Source: an uncultured Actinomycetota bacterium
GTDB lineage: Bacteria; Actinomycetota; Actinomycetes; JAFAQI01
DNA: 64,000 nt
Assembly: GCA_963770565.1 (NCBI GenBank)
Contig: CAVYQE010000002.1
Span: forward strand, 640,001-704,000
Direction: 5' to 3'
Under the pieces are notes generated by a model. The model ran no database searches and was not told where the DNA came from. It saw nothing but the letters and a program-made list of their open reading frames with translations. A program made the position numbers and the translations under genes. This document shows, piece by piece, positions 38,799 through 48,405 of the stretch (its first letter is position 1; the number at the start of each line of letters is the position of its first letter).

Positions 38799-39163
38799 GA
38801 CACGACGTTGGACTTGGCGACGAGGCGGTGGATCTCGTCCATGTCGAGGTCACGCACCTTCCCAATGAGCTCGTCCAGTGCAGCAGCCGGCAGTGCTCCG
38901 GGCTCCCTGTAGACGATCACCTCGTCGCGCAAGATCATGAGGGTCGGGATCGACATGATGCCGAACCCAGAGGCCATCTCTTGCTCGCCCTCAATGTCCA
39001 CTTTGGCGAACAAGAGATCCGAGTGAGTTTCAGAGGCCTTCTCGAACACGGGGGCGAATGCCCTGCAGGGTCCGCACCACGACGCCCAGAAGTCCACCAG
39101 CACGATCTCATTGCTGGTCACCACCGTGTCGAAATCCCCTTTGGTAACAGTCACCGTGGCCAC
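38795..39163 (-). CDS. Thioredoxin
   Basis: DFWASWCGPC, SIPT. Confidence 0.95.
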   Translation of the reverse strand: MATVTVTKGDFDTVVTSNEIVLVDFWASWCGPCRAFAPVFEKASETHSDLLFAKVDIEGEQEMASGFGIMSIPTLMILRDEVIVYREPGALPAAALDELIGKVRDLDMDEIHRLVAKSNVVS

Positions 39164-39179
39164 TGGCGCCCTTCCCTGG

Positions 39180-39195
39180 GTACCCCCTGGGGTAT
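39180..39195. promoter_or_regulatory. CsoR/CstR-type operator
   Basis: GTACCCCCTGGGGTAT upstream of the trx-PIG-L unit. Confidence 0.72.
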
Positions 39196-39319
39196 AGTCT
39201 ACAAGGACGGCCCGCCTGGTGTCATTCCCCCTCGCACCACAATGAGATACCCGGGGTATGACCGGGGTGGGGTCGCGTTGGACCGGTCGCTCGGTGGCGC
39301 TGATGGCGTCGTCTTGCTG

Positions 39320-39949
39320 CTATTGCGACGGACTAGCCGGATTCGCGGCCACGCCGAGGGTGAACCAGCTCCACGGTTTCGGTCCGTTGGCGTAGCGCCG
39401 CTCGATCCGCTCGATCACAAAGCCGGCATCGCCGACGAGAGCCGGAGCATCACGTGTGAGGTGGCAACCATCTCCCAGTCGGCGCTGCCACGGGTCGAGA
39501 CGGTATTGCCACCGGGCCACCGAGGCGTCGGGAGAGAGTCCGTGTTCGAGGAAATGGAAGCGGCCTCCCGGCCGGAGCACCCGGCGGAGTTCGGACAGAA
39601 CCTTGGTGGGGTCGGCGACGGTGCAGAGCGTGAACGTAGAGAGCGCTGCGTCGCAGCTGGCGTCGTCAAGGGGGATCGCCTGGCCGTCGAGACCGATGTG
39701 CTCGACGGGTGTCCTGCCGGCCATGACCCGCTTCGTAGCCAATCTTCGTGCGAGCGCGGCCGGTTCGACTGCTAACACCTTCTCCACTTCTGGTGGATAG
39801 TGCTCGACGTTGAGACCGGAACCGAATCCGATCTCGACGACCCGGCCAGCGAGTCCCTCCGTCACCTCGGCGCGCCAGCCTCGCAGAGCGCCCGTGCTAC
39901 ATGCCCGGTCTACCAGGCGGGGAAGGACCTGCTCGCGGTAGAAGCTCAC
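39320..39949 (-). CDS. Class I SAM-dependent methyltransferase
   Basis: FYREQVLPR...VVEIGFGSGLN...FTLCTV...FLEHG. Confidence 0.85.
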   Translation of the reverse strand: MSFYREQVLPRLVDRACSTGALRGWRAEVTEGLAGRVVEIGFGSGLNVEHYPPEVEKVLAVEPAALARRLATKRVMAGRTPVEHIGLDGQAIPLDDASCDAALSTFTLCTVADPTKVLSELRRVLRPGGRFHFLEHGLSPDASVARWQYRLDPWQRRLGDGCHLTRDAPALVGDAGFVIERIERRYANGPKPWSWFTLGVAANPASPSQ

Positions 39950-40068
39950 GGTCGCGACGCTACCGGTGCCGCCGGAGGACAACACCGCTGTGAGTGTCCG
40001 TGATCGAGGCGGGCGTCGTTTGGAGACTCCCTTGCGGTTGGCGTAGCGCGGATCTGCGCAACAAACCG

Positions 40069-40791
40069 TCAAGCGACGCGGATTGCCGCCTCGATCTCGA
40101 CTCGGGCCAGCTCCTTGGTGCAGAAGAACCAGTCCTCGCACTCGATGCCGTCGATCCCGTCGTCCATGCGCTCCTTGGCGGTGCCGCATGATCCGGCGGT
40201 GGGGACGATGACCCGCTCGCCGGGCTGCCAGTCGGCGGGGGTGGCGACTGAGAAATGGTCGGCGGTCTGCAGCGCCTTGACCACCCGCAACAGTTCGGGG
40301 AAATTGCGCCCGATGCTGAGCGGGTAGTAGATGATCGTCCGGATCACGCCCTCGGGGTCGATGACAAACACCGCGCGTACCGCCTTGGTGGAGTCCTCGC
40401 CGGGCATGATCATCCCGTACTTGCGGGCCACCTCCATCGTGATGTCCTCGATGAGGGGGAAGGTGACCTCGACGTTCTTCATGTCGCGGTAGGTGATCTT
40501 GTCCTTGATGGTGCGCAGCCAGGCGATGTGGCTGTAGAGGCCGTCGACCGACAAGCCCACGAGGTCGGTGTTGTAGGCCGCGAACTGCTCTTGCATCGAC
40601 GCGAAGGTCATGAACTCGCTGGTACAGACCGGCGTGAAGTCGGCTGGGTGCGAGAACAAGATGACCCACTTGCCGACGTAGTCGGACGGGAAGTTGATCT
40701 CCCCTTGTGTCGTCACGGCGGTAAAGGATGGCGCCGGGTCGCCGATGCGCGGCATCGTCGGGACAAGGGCAGGCGTCTCAATACTGGTCAC
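40069..40791 (-). CDS. Peroxiredoxin (Prx6-type)
   Basis: FSHPADFTPVCTSE; GRN; C-terminal CEDWFFC. Confidence 0.93.
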   Translation of the reverse strand: MTSIETPALVPTMPRIGDPAPSFTAVTTQGEINFPSDYVGKWVILFSHPADFTPVCTSEFMTFASMQEQFAAYNTDLVGLSVDGLYSHIAWLRTIKDKITYRDMKNVEVTFPLIEDITMEVARKYGMIMPGEDSTKAVRAVFVIDPEGVIRTIIYYPLSIGRNFPELLRVVKALQTADHFSVATPADWQPGERVIVPTAGSCGTAKERMDDGIDGIECEDWFFCTKELARVEIEAAIRVA

Positions 40792-40856
40792 GGTGCGGCT
40801 TCCTCTGTTCAAATCGTCGGTGGCCCCGCAAAAGGGGGATCTACTATGACCAACCA

Positions 40857-40872
40857 ATACCCATGGGGGTAT
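40857..40872. promoter_or_regulatory. CsoR/CstR-type operator
   Basis: ATACCCATGGGGGTAT upstream of the peroxiredoxin gene. Confidence 0.78.
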
Positions 40873-41141
40873 ATTCCGCGTGATCGCCAGTTCCGTGACG
40901 CCCGCATCCGCATCTTTGCCCCCTGCTCGTCCAGCGTTCTACGTGGCGCGGCTCCGCGGCTCTCCCCGCGGGTCAGCACTGGCTGATCCAGGCGCCCGCG
41001 GTGGTGTTCGCGGCCCTTCGTCGGGTCGCGCAGCACGATCCGCTGCTGCTGGCCAACGGGGTCAATCTGGCCGAAGCTGAGGCCGGCTTCGACGGTTTGA
41101 ACCCAAGCCCACTCTGGGATAGTGCACCTGTGGTCTGGTCA

Positions 41142-41546
41142 ATGCGGTTCGGCGCAGCGACGGCCAGGATCCCGTCGTTGAGTCGATCTGCTGCATTCGA
41201 TGGACACGCGCCGACGCTGCGCGACGGCAGGCGCTGTGGCGCCGTCGTGCTTCTCGTCGTGGCACTAGCGCTCTTCGTCCGTGACGTTCCTGCGCTTACG
41301 ACCGACAGCGGCGGTGTTCATCCGGCCGTGAGCCATGCGCAGTTCGTCGCACATGGCGCCCTCGGCGTCGACGCCGCCACCCTCACACGCAGCCTGGATC
41401 GCGGCGGCGCCCGCTCCGCGGAGCCCGCCGTTCAGGCCGATTCGCTCAGAGAACGCCCGGTCGATGCACCTTGGGCGAAACTGCCCGCGACCCAATGGGT
41501 GCCACCGCCTCGATCGTTGCCAACCGCCCGCGCACGCGCGCCCTGA
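41142..41546 (+). CDS. Hypothetical protein with one hydrophobic segment, ending RARAP-stop (possible leader/arrest peptide)
   Basis: AVVLLVVALALFV segment; C-terminus PPPRSLPTARARAP*; start uncertain. Confidence 0.4.
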   Translation: MRFGAATARIPSLSRSAAFDGHAPTLRDGRRCGAVVLLVVALALFVRDVPALTTDSGGVHPAVSHAQFVAHGALGVDAATLTRSLDRGGARSAEPAVQADSLRERPVDAPWAKLPATQWVPPPRSLPTARARAP

Positions 41547-41661
41547 AGCCGGTCTTCCTCCCTTCGTACTTAGTCACTGCGGCACTGCACGCGCACCTTC
41601 GGCCTTGGTAACGGCCAGCGTCCGCGCGGCCGGTGAATCAACTTCGCAGAAAGGACCGGGC

Positions 41662-42471
41662 GTGTCAGCTAGCAACACCACATCCCCGACGACAGACAGA
41701 ATCGCACGTAGCGCAGCTATCTCCGAGCCCGAGCGGAGCCCGACCGGTGTCTCGTCCCGCCTCGCCGCCATCCGCCGGGCCGCTCCGGAGGCGCTACTCG
41801 TTGTGGCCTTGTACATGGCATACACCGCGACCCGAAATCTCCTCCCGTCAGCACGTCGGAGCGCGATCGCGCGAGGACTGGCCGTGGAAAGGTTCGAGGG
41901 TTCGCTGCACCTTGACCCTGAACGCGCGCTCAACCAATTCGTGGCAAATCACGCCGTGTTGGCGAGCACGTGTGATTACTACTACGCGGTCGCCCACTTC
42001 GCGGTGACCCTCGCGGTGATGATGCTTCTATACCGACGAAGTCGGCCGACGGCACGTCGACTGGCAGCGGCCTGGTACGTCACCAACCTGCTGGCGCTGC
42101 TGGGCTTCTGGCTCTACGCGCTGGCGCCACCCAGGCTCCTTCCCGGCCGCGCATACGTCGACACTGTCGTCGTGTTCCATACCTGGGGGAGCTGGGGGAC
42201 GGGTGCGGTGGCGTCGGCCTCGAACCAATACGCCGCGATGCCCAGCCTGCACCTCGCCTGGGCGAGTTGGTGCACGGTCGGAATCTGGCACCTGACCCGA
42301 CGCCGCTCGGTGCGACTCCTTGGCGTCGCGTATCCCCTGGCGACGCTGTTCGTCGTGCTCGGCACCGCAAACCACTATCTGCTCGACGCCTTCGCGGGGG
42401 TCGTGGCGATGGCCATCGGGCTTGCGGTGGTGTGGTACGCACAAGAAACGATGGGGGGCTCGATCGGATGA
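41662..42471 (+). CDS. PAP2 family membrane protein (inositol phosphorylceramide synthase-like)
   Basis: APPR, NQYAAMPSLH, TANHYLLD; AAAGGA RBS. Confidence 0.88.
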   Translation: MSASNTTSPTTDRIARSAAISEPERSPTGVSSRLAAIRRAAPEALLVVALYMAYTATRNLLPSARRSAIARGLAVERFEGSLHLDPERALNQFVANHAVLASTCDYYYAVAHFAVTLAVMMLLYRRSRPTARRLAAAWYVTNLLALLGFWLYALAPPRLLPGRAYVDTVVVFHTWGSWGTGAVASASNQYAAMPSLHLAWASWCTVGIWHLTRRRSVRLLGVAYPLATLFVVLGTANHYLLDAFAGVVAMAIGLAVVWYAQETMGGSIG

Positions 42472-42477
42472 GAGGGG

Positions 42478-42906
42478 GTGGGCCGCACTGACGATTTGCC
42501 AGGTGTGGTCGGGCCAATGCCCCCGACACACAGACACAGAATCCACGGACCTACCGAAGTGACCGCCCCGCAGGACACGTCCCAACAAGCGATCAAACCG
42601 TTGCCCGGGTGGCGTACCGGCGATCTCTCTTTCCGGGCGCTCGCGCTCGGTTACCTCCTGTTGGCGACTGCTGTGCTAGCTCTGGCCGCATCCGGCTCGT
42701 GGGTGGGCATGGCGGGCGCCGGCCTCGTCACCGCAGGCGAGATCGCCCTCGTCATCGTCTGGTCGGGCGCGCCGAATGCTGGTCAATTTGCCCGCTCCTC
42801 GCGACGGCCAGGCTTACCTCGTGGCGCCAAGCGGTCGCACCGAACTACCGGGTCGGGCGCCGATGCACCTGACGATCCGACAAGGGGCGGGTCGAGCCCC
42901 ACCTGA
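42478..42906 (+). CDS. Hypothetical membrane protein
   Basis: Two hydrophobic segments; start uncertain. Confidence 0.35.
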   Translation: MGRTDDLPGVVGPMPPTHRHRIHGPTEVTAPQDTSQQAIKPLPGWRTGDLSFRALALGYLLLATAVLALAASGSWVGMAGAGLVTAGEIALVIVWSGAPNAGQFARSSRRPGLPRGAKRSHRTTGSGADAPDDPTRGGSSPT

Positions 42907-43300
42907 GCGAGTCGCGTCGGAATGTCGCGGCCGTCAGCGTAGGTGGCCGGCACGGGCAGCTCGACGGTCACGTTGGCGACGCTCTATGACTACGAGGCGC
43001 GGCCGGTCGGACGCACCATTGCGCCGGTGGGTCATCTCATTGCCCGGCCGAGGTTGAGCAGAACCGGCAAATTGTCGGTCGACGTCTGCTGCCGGGCGCC
43101 TCGCCATGCGGTCGCTGCCGTCGCTTGCCCGGTCTAATAGCGTATAGAGGCGGGGCCGATTCATCGAGTGCCCGGATCGCTCACGAAACCTCGGATGCCG
43201 GTTCCGGATCGGTCCGGGCCGATCAGGTGAAGATGATCTGGCCGCCGGCGGCCTGCAAGCGAGTTACATCAGTGTGTTCAGCGAAAGCGCAGGTCAGCAG

Positions 43301-43389
43301 CGGAGGCTCCGGGATTTGAACCCGGGATGGGCGCGAACCCAAACCGCATTAGCAGTGCGGCGCCATAGACCGGACTAGGCGAAGCCTCC
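43301..43389 (-). tRNA. tRNA-Ser(GCT), island integration site
   Basis: GGAGGCTTCGCCTAGT...CCGCA-CTGCTAA-TGCGG, long variable arm, GGTTCAAATCC. Confidence 0.97.
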
Positions 43390-43419
43390 TCGCGGCGTTT
43401 ATCGGCCGCGTCGAAGAGG

Positions 43420-44865
43420 TTATCCCAGCGCGGTTTGCTGGTCCCGCGCCAACAACCGCTTGCCGGGCAGGCCCAGCGGGTTCCACTCGTCGATCCCTCC
43501 GTTGTTGGTCACGAACACCACCCCGCCCGCGGGGTCGGCCGTCATGCCCTCGGCCTGGAGCAGGCCGTCGAGCCGGGCGGTCGGCACCGGATTCCGCGAC
43601 CGCAGCGCGGCCGGCGAGTAGTACACGAGGTACGGGTCGTAGTGGAACGGGTTGTCGCTGCGCAGTGCGACGTACACGCCGTGCGTCGGATCGCCCGTCA
43701 CAGACCCCACCTCGAGCGGCAACCGGAGGGTCACACTCGGTGGCTCGTCGATCCGCGTCTGGTAGGTCAGCACCCGCCCCCGAGCGATCCAGATCCCGTA
43801 CGACGGGGCGGGTGCCATCAGGGTCAGGCCGGTCAGCCCGAGGTAGACGAACTGGCCGCTCGGCAGCACGCGCATGGTGCCGCTGCGGCCCGCGACCAGG
43901 ACCGAGGTCGCACTGAGCGGGATGACGAACCGCGCGCCTGCGACGGTCGACTCGCGGTCCGCACCAAGCACGCCGTCGTGCACCGCCACCACACGGTTGA
44001 CCGTCGGCTCAGTCAGCCAGGCGAAGTCCTTGGTGAAGGCCATGTCGTCGATCGCGACCGGTGGCGACGAGCGCAATGTGGTGATGGTGCCAACCGGAGT
44101 CACGGTCGCGATCGCGGTGTAGTGGAAGTCGGCCTCATTGTGCCAGGCCCAGACCTTGCCGAAGCCATAGCTGATGTGGTCGTCGGGCTGCGGCACGCGG
44201 TCGCGGCTCTGGATCGCGCCGGTCACCGGATTGCGCCCGACGACGTAGGAAATCGAGCCGCTCCTGGTCGCCCGGCTCTCGATCGTCCAGATGAGGCCGC
44301 CGCCGGTCGTCACCCCGCTCGCGAAGTCGATCAACCGCTTCGGGAACACCGCCTCGGTGACCGGCACAGCCCTGCGGACATGGTGCGGCTTGGGCGTGCG
44401 CGTCGACCCCGACCCGGACGAGCCCGCGGTCACCGCGACTGCAATCACCACCACGGCCGCGACCAACCCGGTCAGCACGCGGCGCTGTCTCACCAGCCGC
44501 AGCCGGCGAGCCAGGATCGCCAGCACCTGGTCGGCACCGAGCATCGCCGGCTCGACGACCACGGTCTCGGTCGCCTCGTCGACGTGTACGCCGGCTACCC
44601 CGACCTCCATCAGCTGGAAGTCGAGCGGCTCCTGCGGCTCCCGAGCCCGGTCGTGCATCCGGCAAGCGCGCGCCAGCGCCCGGCGTACCAAGGGAGCTGG
44701 GTCGTCCTTATCGCGGGCAAACCGCCAGCGCGCGGCGACCCGGGTCAATGCCGAGAGCGCAAGCTCCTGCGCGGTCCTCGAGTCTGCGTCGTCACAGCGC
44801 CGCGCCGCGTCCCGGACGAGATCGGGCCAGCGCTCCCGCACATAAGAGGTCAGCCGCTCGTCCAC
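43420..44865 (-). CDS. Membrane-anchored protein: ECF sigma region-2-like N-terminus, TM helix, extracellular beta-rich domain
   Basis: YVRERWPDLVR.A....D...AQEL...AL.RV..RW.....DDP...VRRAL; RRVLTGLVAAVVVIAVAV TM. Confidence 0.65.
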   Translation of the reverse strand: MDERLTSYVRERWPDLVRDAARRCDDADSRTAQELALSALTRVAARWRFARDKDDPAPLVRRALARACRMHDRAREPQEPLDFQLMEVGVAGVHVDEATETVVVEPAMLGADQVLAILARRLRLVRQRRVLTGLVAAVVVIAVAVTAGSSGSGSTRTPKPHHVRRAVPVTEAVFPKRLIDFASGVTTGGGLIWTIESRATRSGSISYVVGRNPVTGAIQSRDRVPQPDDHISYGFGKVWAWHNEADFHYTAIATVTPVGTITTLRSSPPVAIDDMAFTKDFAWLTEPTVNRVVAVHDGVLGADRESTVAGARFVIPLSATSVLVAGRSGTMRVLPSGQFVYLGLTGLTLMAPAPSYGIWIARGRVLTYQTRIDEPPSVTLRLPLEVGSVTGDPTHGVYVALRSDNPFHYDPYLVYYSPAALRSRNPVPTARLDGLLQAEGMTADPAGGVVFVTNNGGIDEWNPLGLPGKRLLARDQQTALG

Positions 44866-44961
44866 GCTGTCCCTCCGCTCCGGACCGGCCGCCTACGGAT
44901 CAATCGTTTTCGGCCCGAAGTCGGTTCATTCGTACAACCCGACCGCGCCCACGGCAACCGC

Positions 44962-45043
44962 CCAAGCAATGTCACATCGCCCAGCCCTTTGTGGGGGTGA
45001 TGTCACGTTGCCCCCACGAAGTGCGGGGCAATGTGACATTGCT
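44962..45043. repeat. Modular palindromic repeat, family A copy 4
   Basis: Cores centred at 44973, 45004, 45035; right end merges with the ligase stop codon. Confidence 0.88.
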
Positions 45044-46674
45044 CAGAGCGTGGTGACGTCGAGCTCGCCGTCCGCGTAGGCCTTGCGGAGTACCTTCTTG
45101 TCGAACTTCCCGACGCTGGTCTTCGGCACCGTCTCGATGATCGCCCAGCGCTCCGGCAGCCACCACTTCGCGACCCGGTCCGACAGCCACGCCCGCACCT
45201 CGTCCGGGTCGATCGACTGGCCCTCCATCGGCACCACGCACGCAAGCGGCCGCTCCTGCCAACGATCGTCCGGTACGCCGACCACGGCCGCCTCGAGGAT
45301 CGCCGGGTGCGCCATCAGTTCGACCTCGAGCTCGACCGAGGAGATCCACTCGCCGCCCGACTTGATCACGTCCTTCGAGCGGTCGGTCAGCGTGATGTAA
45401 CCCTGCGGGTCGATCGTCCCGACGTCTCCGGTCCGCAGCCATCCGTCGTCGAACTTCGCCGGGTCGTCGTCCTTGTAGTACGCGGCCGTGACCCACGGCC
45501 CGCGCACCTCCAGCTCGCCGACCGCCTTGCCGTCGCGCGGCATGATCTGGCCGGCGTCGTCCACGATCCGGCCCTCGACGCCGAACAGGAACCGGCCGGC
45601 CTTCGACTGGTAGTCCCACGCCCGCTCACCCGTGAGGCCGGCCGGCGGTTTCGCCACCGACGCGACCGGCGAGGTCTCGGTCATCCCCCAACCCTGAATG
45701 ATCGTGATGCCGAACTCCTGCTCGAACGCACTGATCAACGCCCGCGGCACCGCCGAGCCACCGCACAGCACGGCCCGCACCGTCGACAGGTCGTGCCCGG
45801 GATTCGCGCGCAGGTATTGCAAGATGTCGTTCCAGATCGTCGGCACCGCCGCCGACACCGTCACCTTCTCGGCCTCGATCAACCCGACCAGCGGCTCGGC
45901 CTGCAGGTGCCGGTCCGGCATGATCAGGTCCGCGCCGGCCATCACGGCGGCGTACGGCGTACCCCATGCGTTCGCGTGGAACATCGGAACGATCGGCATT
46001 GTCCGGTCGTCGGCACCGAGGCCGTTGTTGTTGGCGGTGCTGACCGACATCGAGTGCAACCAGCACGACCGGTGCGAGTAGGCAACCCCCTTCGGGTTGC
46101 CGGTCGTTCCGCTGGTGTAACACATCGCGGCGGCCGATCGCTCGTCGATGTCTTCCGGCCAGTCGAACGAGCTCGAGGCATCAGCCAGCACGGACTCGTA
46201 CGACAGGACCTGCTTGCCGGTCTCCTTCAGCGCACTGACATCGCCGTCACCCGTGACCAGCACGGTGTGCACCGCCGGCATCTCACCGAGCACCTTCGCG
46301 AGCAACGGCACGAGTGAGCAGTCGGCGATGATCACCTGGTCATCGGCGTGATTGGCGATGTAGACGACCTGCTCGGGGAACAACCGGATGTTCAAGGTGT
46401 GCAACACCGCGCCCATCGAGGGGATCGCGAGGTACGCCTCGAAGTGCTCGGCGTTGTTCCACATGAACGTCCCGACCCGCTGGTCGCCATCGATGCCAAG
46501 CGACCGCAAGCCGTTCGCCAGCTGGGCCGCGCGAGTCGCCGTCTCGGCGTACGAACGCCGCCTGCGCACCCCGCCCTCGCCCAGCGTCACGACCTCGCTG
46601 TCGCCGAAGACCTCGGCACCGAAGCGCAGGATCGAGCCGGTCGTGAGCGGAAAGTCCTGCATGGTGCTTCGCAC
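45043..46674 (-). CDS. Long-chain fatty-acid--CoA ligase (AlkK/FadD-like)
   Basis: YTSGTTGNPKG, GWGMTE, RTGD, KSGGEWISS and PKTSVGKFDKK. Confidence 0.93.
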   Translation of the reverse strand: MRSTMQDFPLTTGSILRFGAEVFGDSEVVTLGEGGVRRRRSYAETATRAAQLANGLRSLGIDGDQRVGTFMWNNAEHFEAYLAIPSMGAVLHTLNIRLFPEQVVYIANHADDQVIIADCSLVPLLAKVLGEMPAVHTVLVTGDGDVSALKETGKQVLSYESVLADASSSFDWPEDIDERSAAAMCYTSGTTGNPKGVAYSHRSCWLHSMSVSTANNNGLGADDRTMPIVPMFHANAWGTPYAAVMAGADLIMPDRHLQAEPLVGLIEAEKVTVSAAVPTIWNDILQYLRANPGHDLSTVRAVLCGGSAVPRALISAFEQEFGITIIQGWGMTETSPVASVAKPPAGLTGERAWDYQSKAGRFLFGVEGRIVDDAGQIMPRDGKAVGELEVRGPWVTAAYYKDDDPAKFDDGWLRTGDVGTIDPQGYITLTDRSKDVIKSGGEWISSVELEVELMAHPAILEAAVVGVPDDRWQERPLACVVPMEGQSIDPDEVRAWLSDRVAKWWLPERWAIIETVPKTSVGKFDKKVLRKAYADGELDVTTL

Positions 46675-46767
46675 TCGGGCCCCCAAAGGTCGCTGGCTGG
46701 ACGCTCGCGCGTGAAGTACGCGCACTGACATTGTGCGGTCAGGCGCCAAGAAGGGCCAGTAGGCGTT

Positions 46768-48405
46768 CTAGCGAACGGTGAGCTGCAACCGGTGCGAGTG
46801 CCCGGCGCCGTGCCGCTGTGTCGCCGCGACCACGATCCGGTAGACGTCGACGGTCTTGAGCGTCGGCCGGAAGCGGAAGATGTAGCGGCCATGCGGACCG
46901 ATCCGGGAGGTCGCCCACACGTGCCACGCGCCGTCGAAGAATCCTTCGCGCTCGACCCGCTGCCCGGCCCGGAACGGCGCCGCCCGGCCGCCGATCGTGA
47001 CCATGCTGCCCGACCGCACGGTGGTCGCCGAGATCGAGGCTGCGACCGTCGGCCGGACCACGTAGTTCTCGAACGCCTCGGATCGCGCGACGCCGGATCC
47101 GCCCGGGAAGACCGCCTCGAGCTCCGCATTGCGCTTCGGATGCAGGACCGCCGACGCCAGCCCGTTGCGGTCGGTCCTCAGCTTGCGGACCCGCACCCAG
47201 TTGCGGTCGGGCGCCTCGCGCCGGTAGATCAACACCCGCCGGTTGGGCAATGCGGTGTGGGTGTCCGCGCGTTGCAGGGTCGCCTGCAGTGGAAGCGCCG
47301 TACCGAAGGTGGCTGCCGATTTCACCTTTGCGGCGAGCGTGGTCGGGATCGCGGGGGTGACGGGCGCAGTCGGTGCAGTGGCCGGACTTGTACCCACGCT
47401 GTTGGTCGCGGTAACCGTGAAGGTGTAGGCCTGCGTGGTCGAAAGCCCGGTGACGGTCGCCGACATGGTCGAGCCACCGACCGTCATGACCTGCCCGCCG
47501 GGTGACGTTGTCACTTGGTAGCTGGTCACCGGGCTGGTGCCGGCGTCGCCGGGCATCCACGCAACCGTCACCGAAGTGCCGTTGACCACGGTGCGCACCG
47601 AAAGCGGTGCAGCCGGAGCCGAGGCAACCCAAGGCGTTGCGACCGTTCCGTTCGACAAGGTCGCCCACGGCAGGCCGCTCGTGCCGACAAACCTCGACTC
47701 GTCGACCCGCCCCACAATTCCCTTGATCCGGGCGGACGACGTGTACTGCCAGAGGTCGGAGACCGGGCCCTTCCGTACGCCGTACTCAGCCATCCACATC
47801 GGGTAGCGCGCCAGCGCCGACGGGTCGTTGATGTCGTTGGTCCAGAACGACGGATAGGTATAGAGCATCGGCGTCCGGCCGGTCAGCGTGCGCATCTCGA
47901 GGAGGAAGTCCTGCGCCCACGTCACGAGCTGGCCGGGGTTGAGGCCACCGGTCACCTCGAGGTCGAGCGCCGGCGGAAGCGTCCCCGCCACGTTCACCGG
48001 TCCGATGGTCTGCGCGAAGAAATTCGCCTGCGCTCGTGCGGTAACACCAACCGGAAGGCCGGGCCGCGCGAAGTGGTACGAGCCGTGCACCAGGCCGGCC
48101 GCAGCCGCATCGGCGTAGTCATTGGAGTAGGGCCCGGCGAAGTAGGGATTGACGTACGACGTGCCCTCGGTGGCCTTGACGATCGCGAACTCCTTGCCCG
48201 CCCTCTTCACCTGCTTCCAGTTGATCGGCTGGCCGTGCGGGTGCGCCTTTGTTGGGTGCGGGTGCTGGTAGGACGCGACGTCCGGGCCGTCGTACACCTT
48301 CCCGGCGGACGCTGAGGACATCGAGCCGGTCGCCACCGGAACCGCGACCGCCGCCACGACGGCGGCGGTGGTGAACACGCGGACGAGGGTGGCGCGACGG
48401 TGCAT
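46768..48405 (-). CDS. Secreted GH25 lysozyme with fibronectin type III domain
   Basis: DVASYQ, KATEG, YHFA, LDLE and WQY motifs; FN3 (YTFTVTATNSVG). Confidence 0.9.
   Translation of the reverse strand: MHRRATLVRVFTTAAVVAAVAVPVATGSMSSASAGKVYDGPDVASYQHPHPTKAHPHGQPINWKQVKRAGKEFAIVKATEGTSYVNPYFAGPYSNDYADAAAAGLVHGSYHFARPGLPVGVTARAQANFFAQTIGPVNVAGTLPPALDLEVTGGLNPGQLVTWAQDFLLEMRTLTGRTPMLYTYPSFWTNDINDPSALARYPMWMAEYGVRKGPVSDLWQYTSSARIKGIVGRVDESRFVGTSGLPWATLSNGTVATPWVASAPAAPLSVRTVVNGTSVTVAWMPGDAGTSPVTSYQVTTSPGGQVMTVGGSTMSATVTGLSTTQAYTFTVTATNSVGTSPATAPTAPVTPAIPTTLAAKVKSAATFGTALPLQATLQRADTHTALPNRRVLIYRREAPDRNWVRVRKLRTDRNGLASAVLHPKRNAELEAVFPGGSGVARSEAFENYVVRPTVAASISATTVRSGSMVTIGGRAAPFRAGQRVEREGFFDGAWHVWATSRIGPHGRYIFRFRPTLKTVDVYRIVVAATQRHGAGHSHRLQLTVR

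Larger units (their letters stand above)
26328..43358. mobile_element. ~17 kb genomic island integrated in tRNA-Ser(GCT), carrying a sulfide/persulfide/thiol-redox cluster; no integrase visible
   Basis: 56-bp tRNA-derived direct repeats at both ends; coherent cargo with a shared operator. Confidence 0.88.

Noticed and set aside
39247-39259. ATACCCGGGGTAT as a seventh CstR operator
   Set aside because: Half-sites match but the spacer is 1 nt instead of 4; not counted
39950-40669. N-terminal extension of the 449-aa methyltransferase ORF
   Set aside because: Out-of-frame overlap with the peroxiredoxin; the plausible start is GTG 39949
29475-40791. Selenocysteine recoding in the island's redox genes
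   Set aside because: Catalytic positions are ordinary Cys codons, and I saw no in-frame TGA interrupting these genes
42907-43300. Integrase remnant next to the tRNA
   Set aside because: Only short motif-less ORFs; cannot be supported without BLASTX
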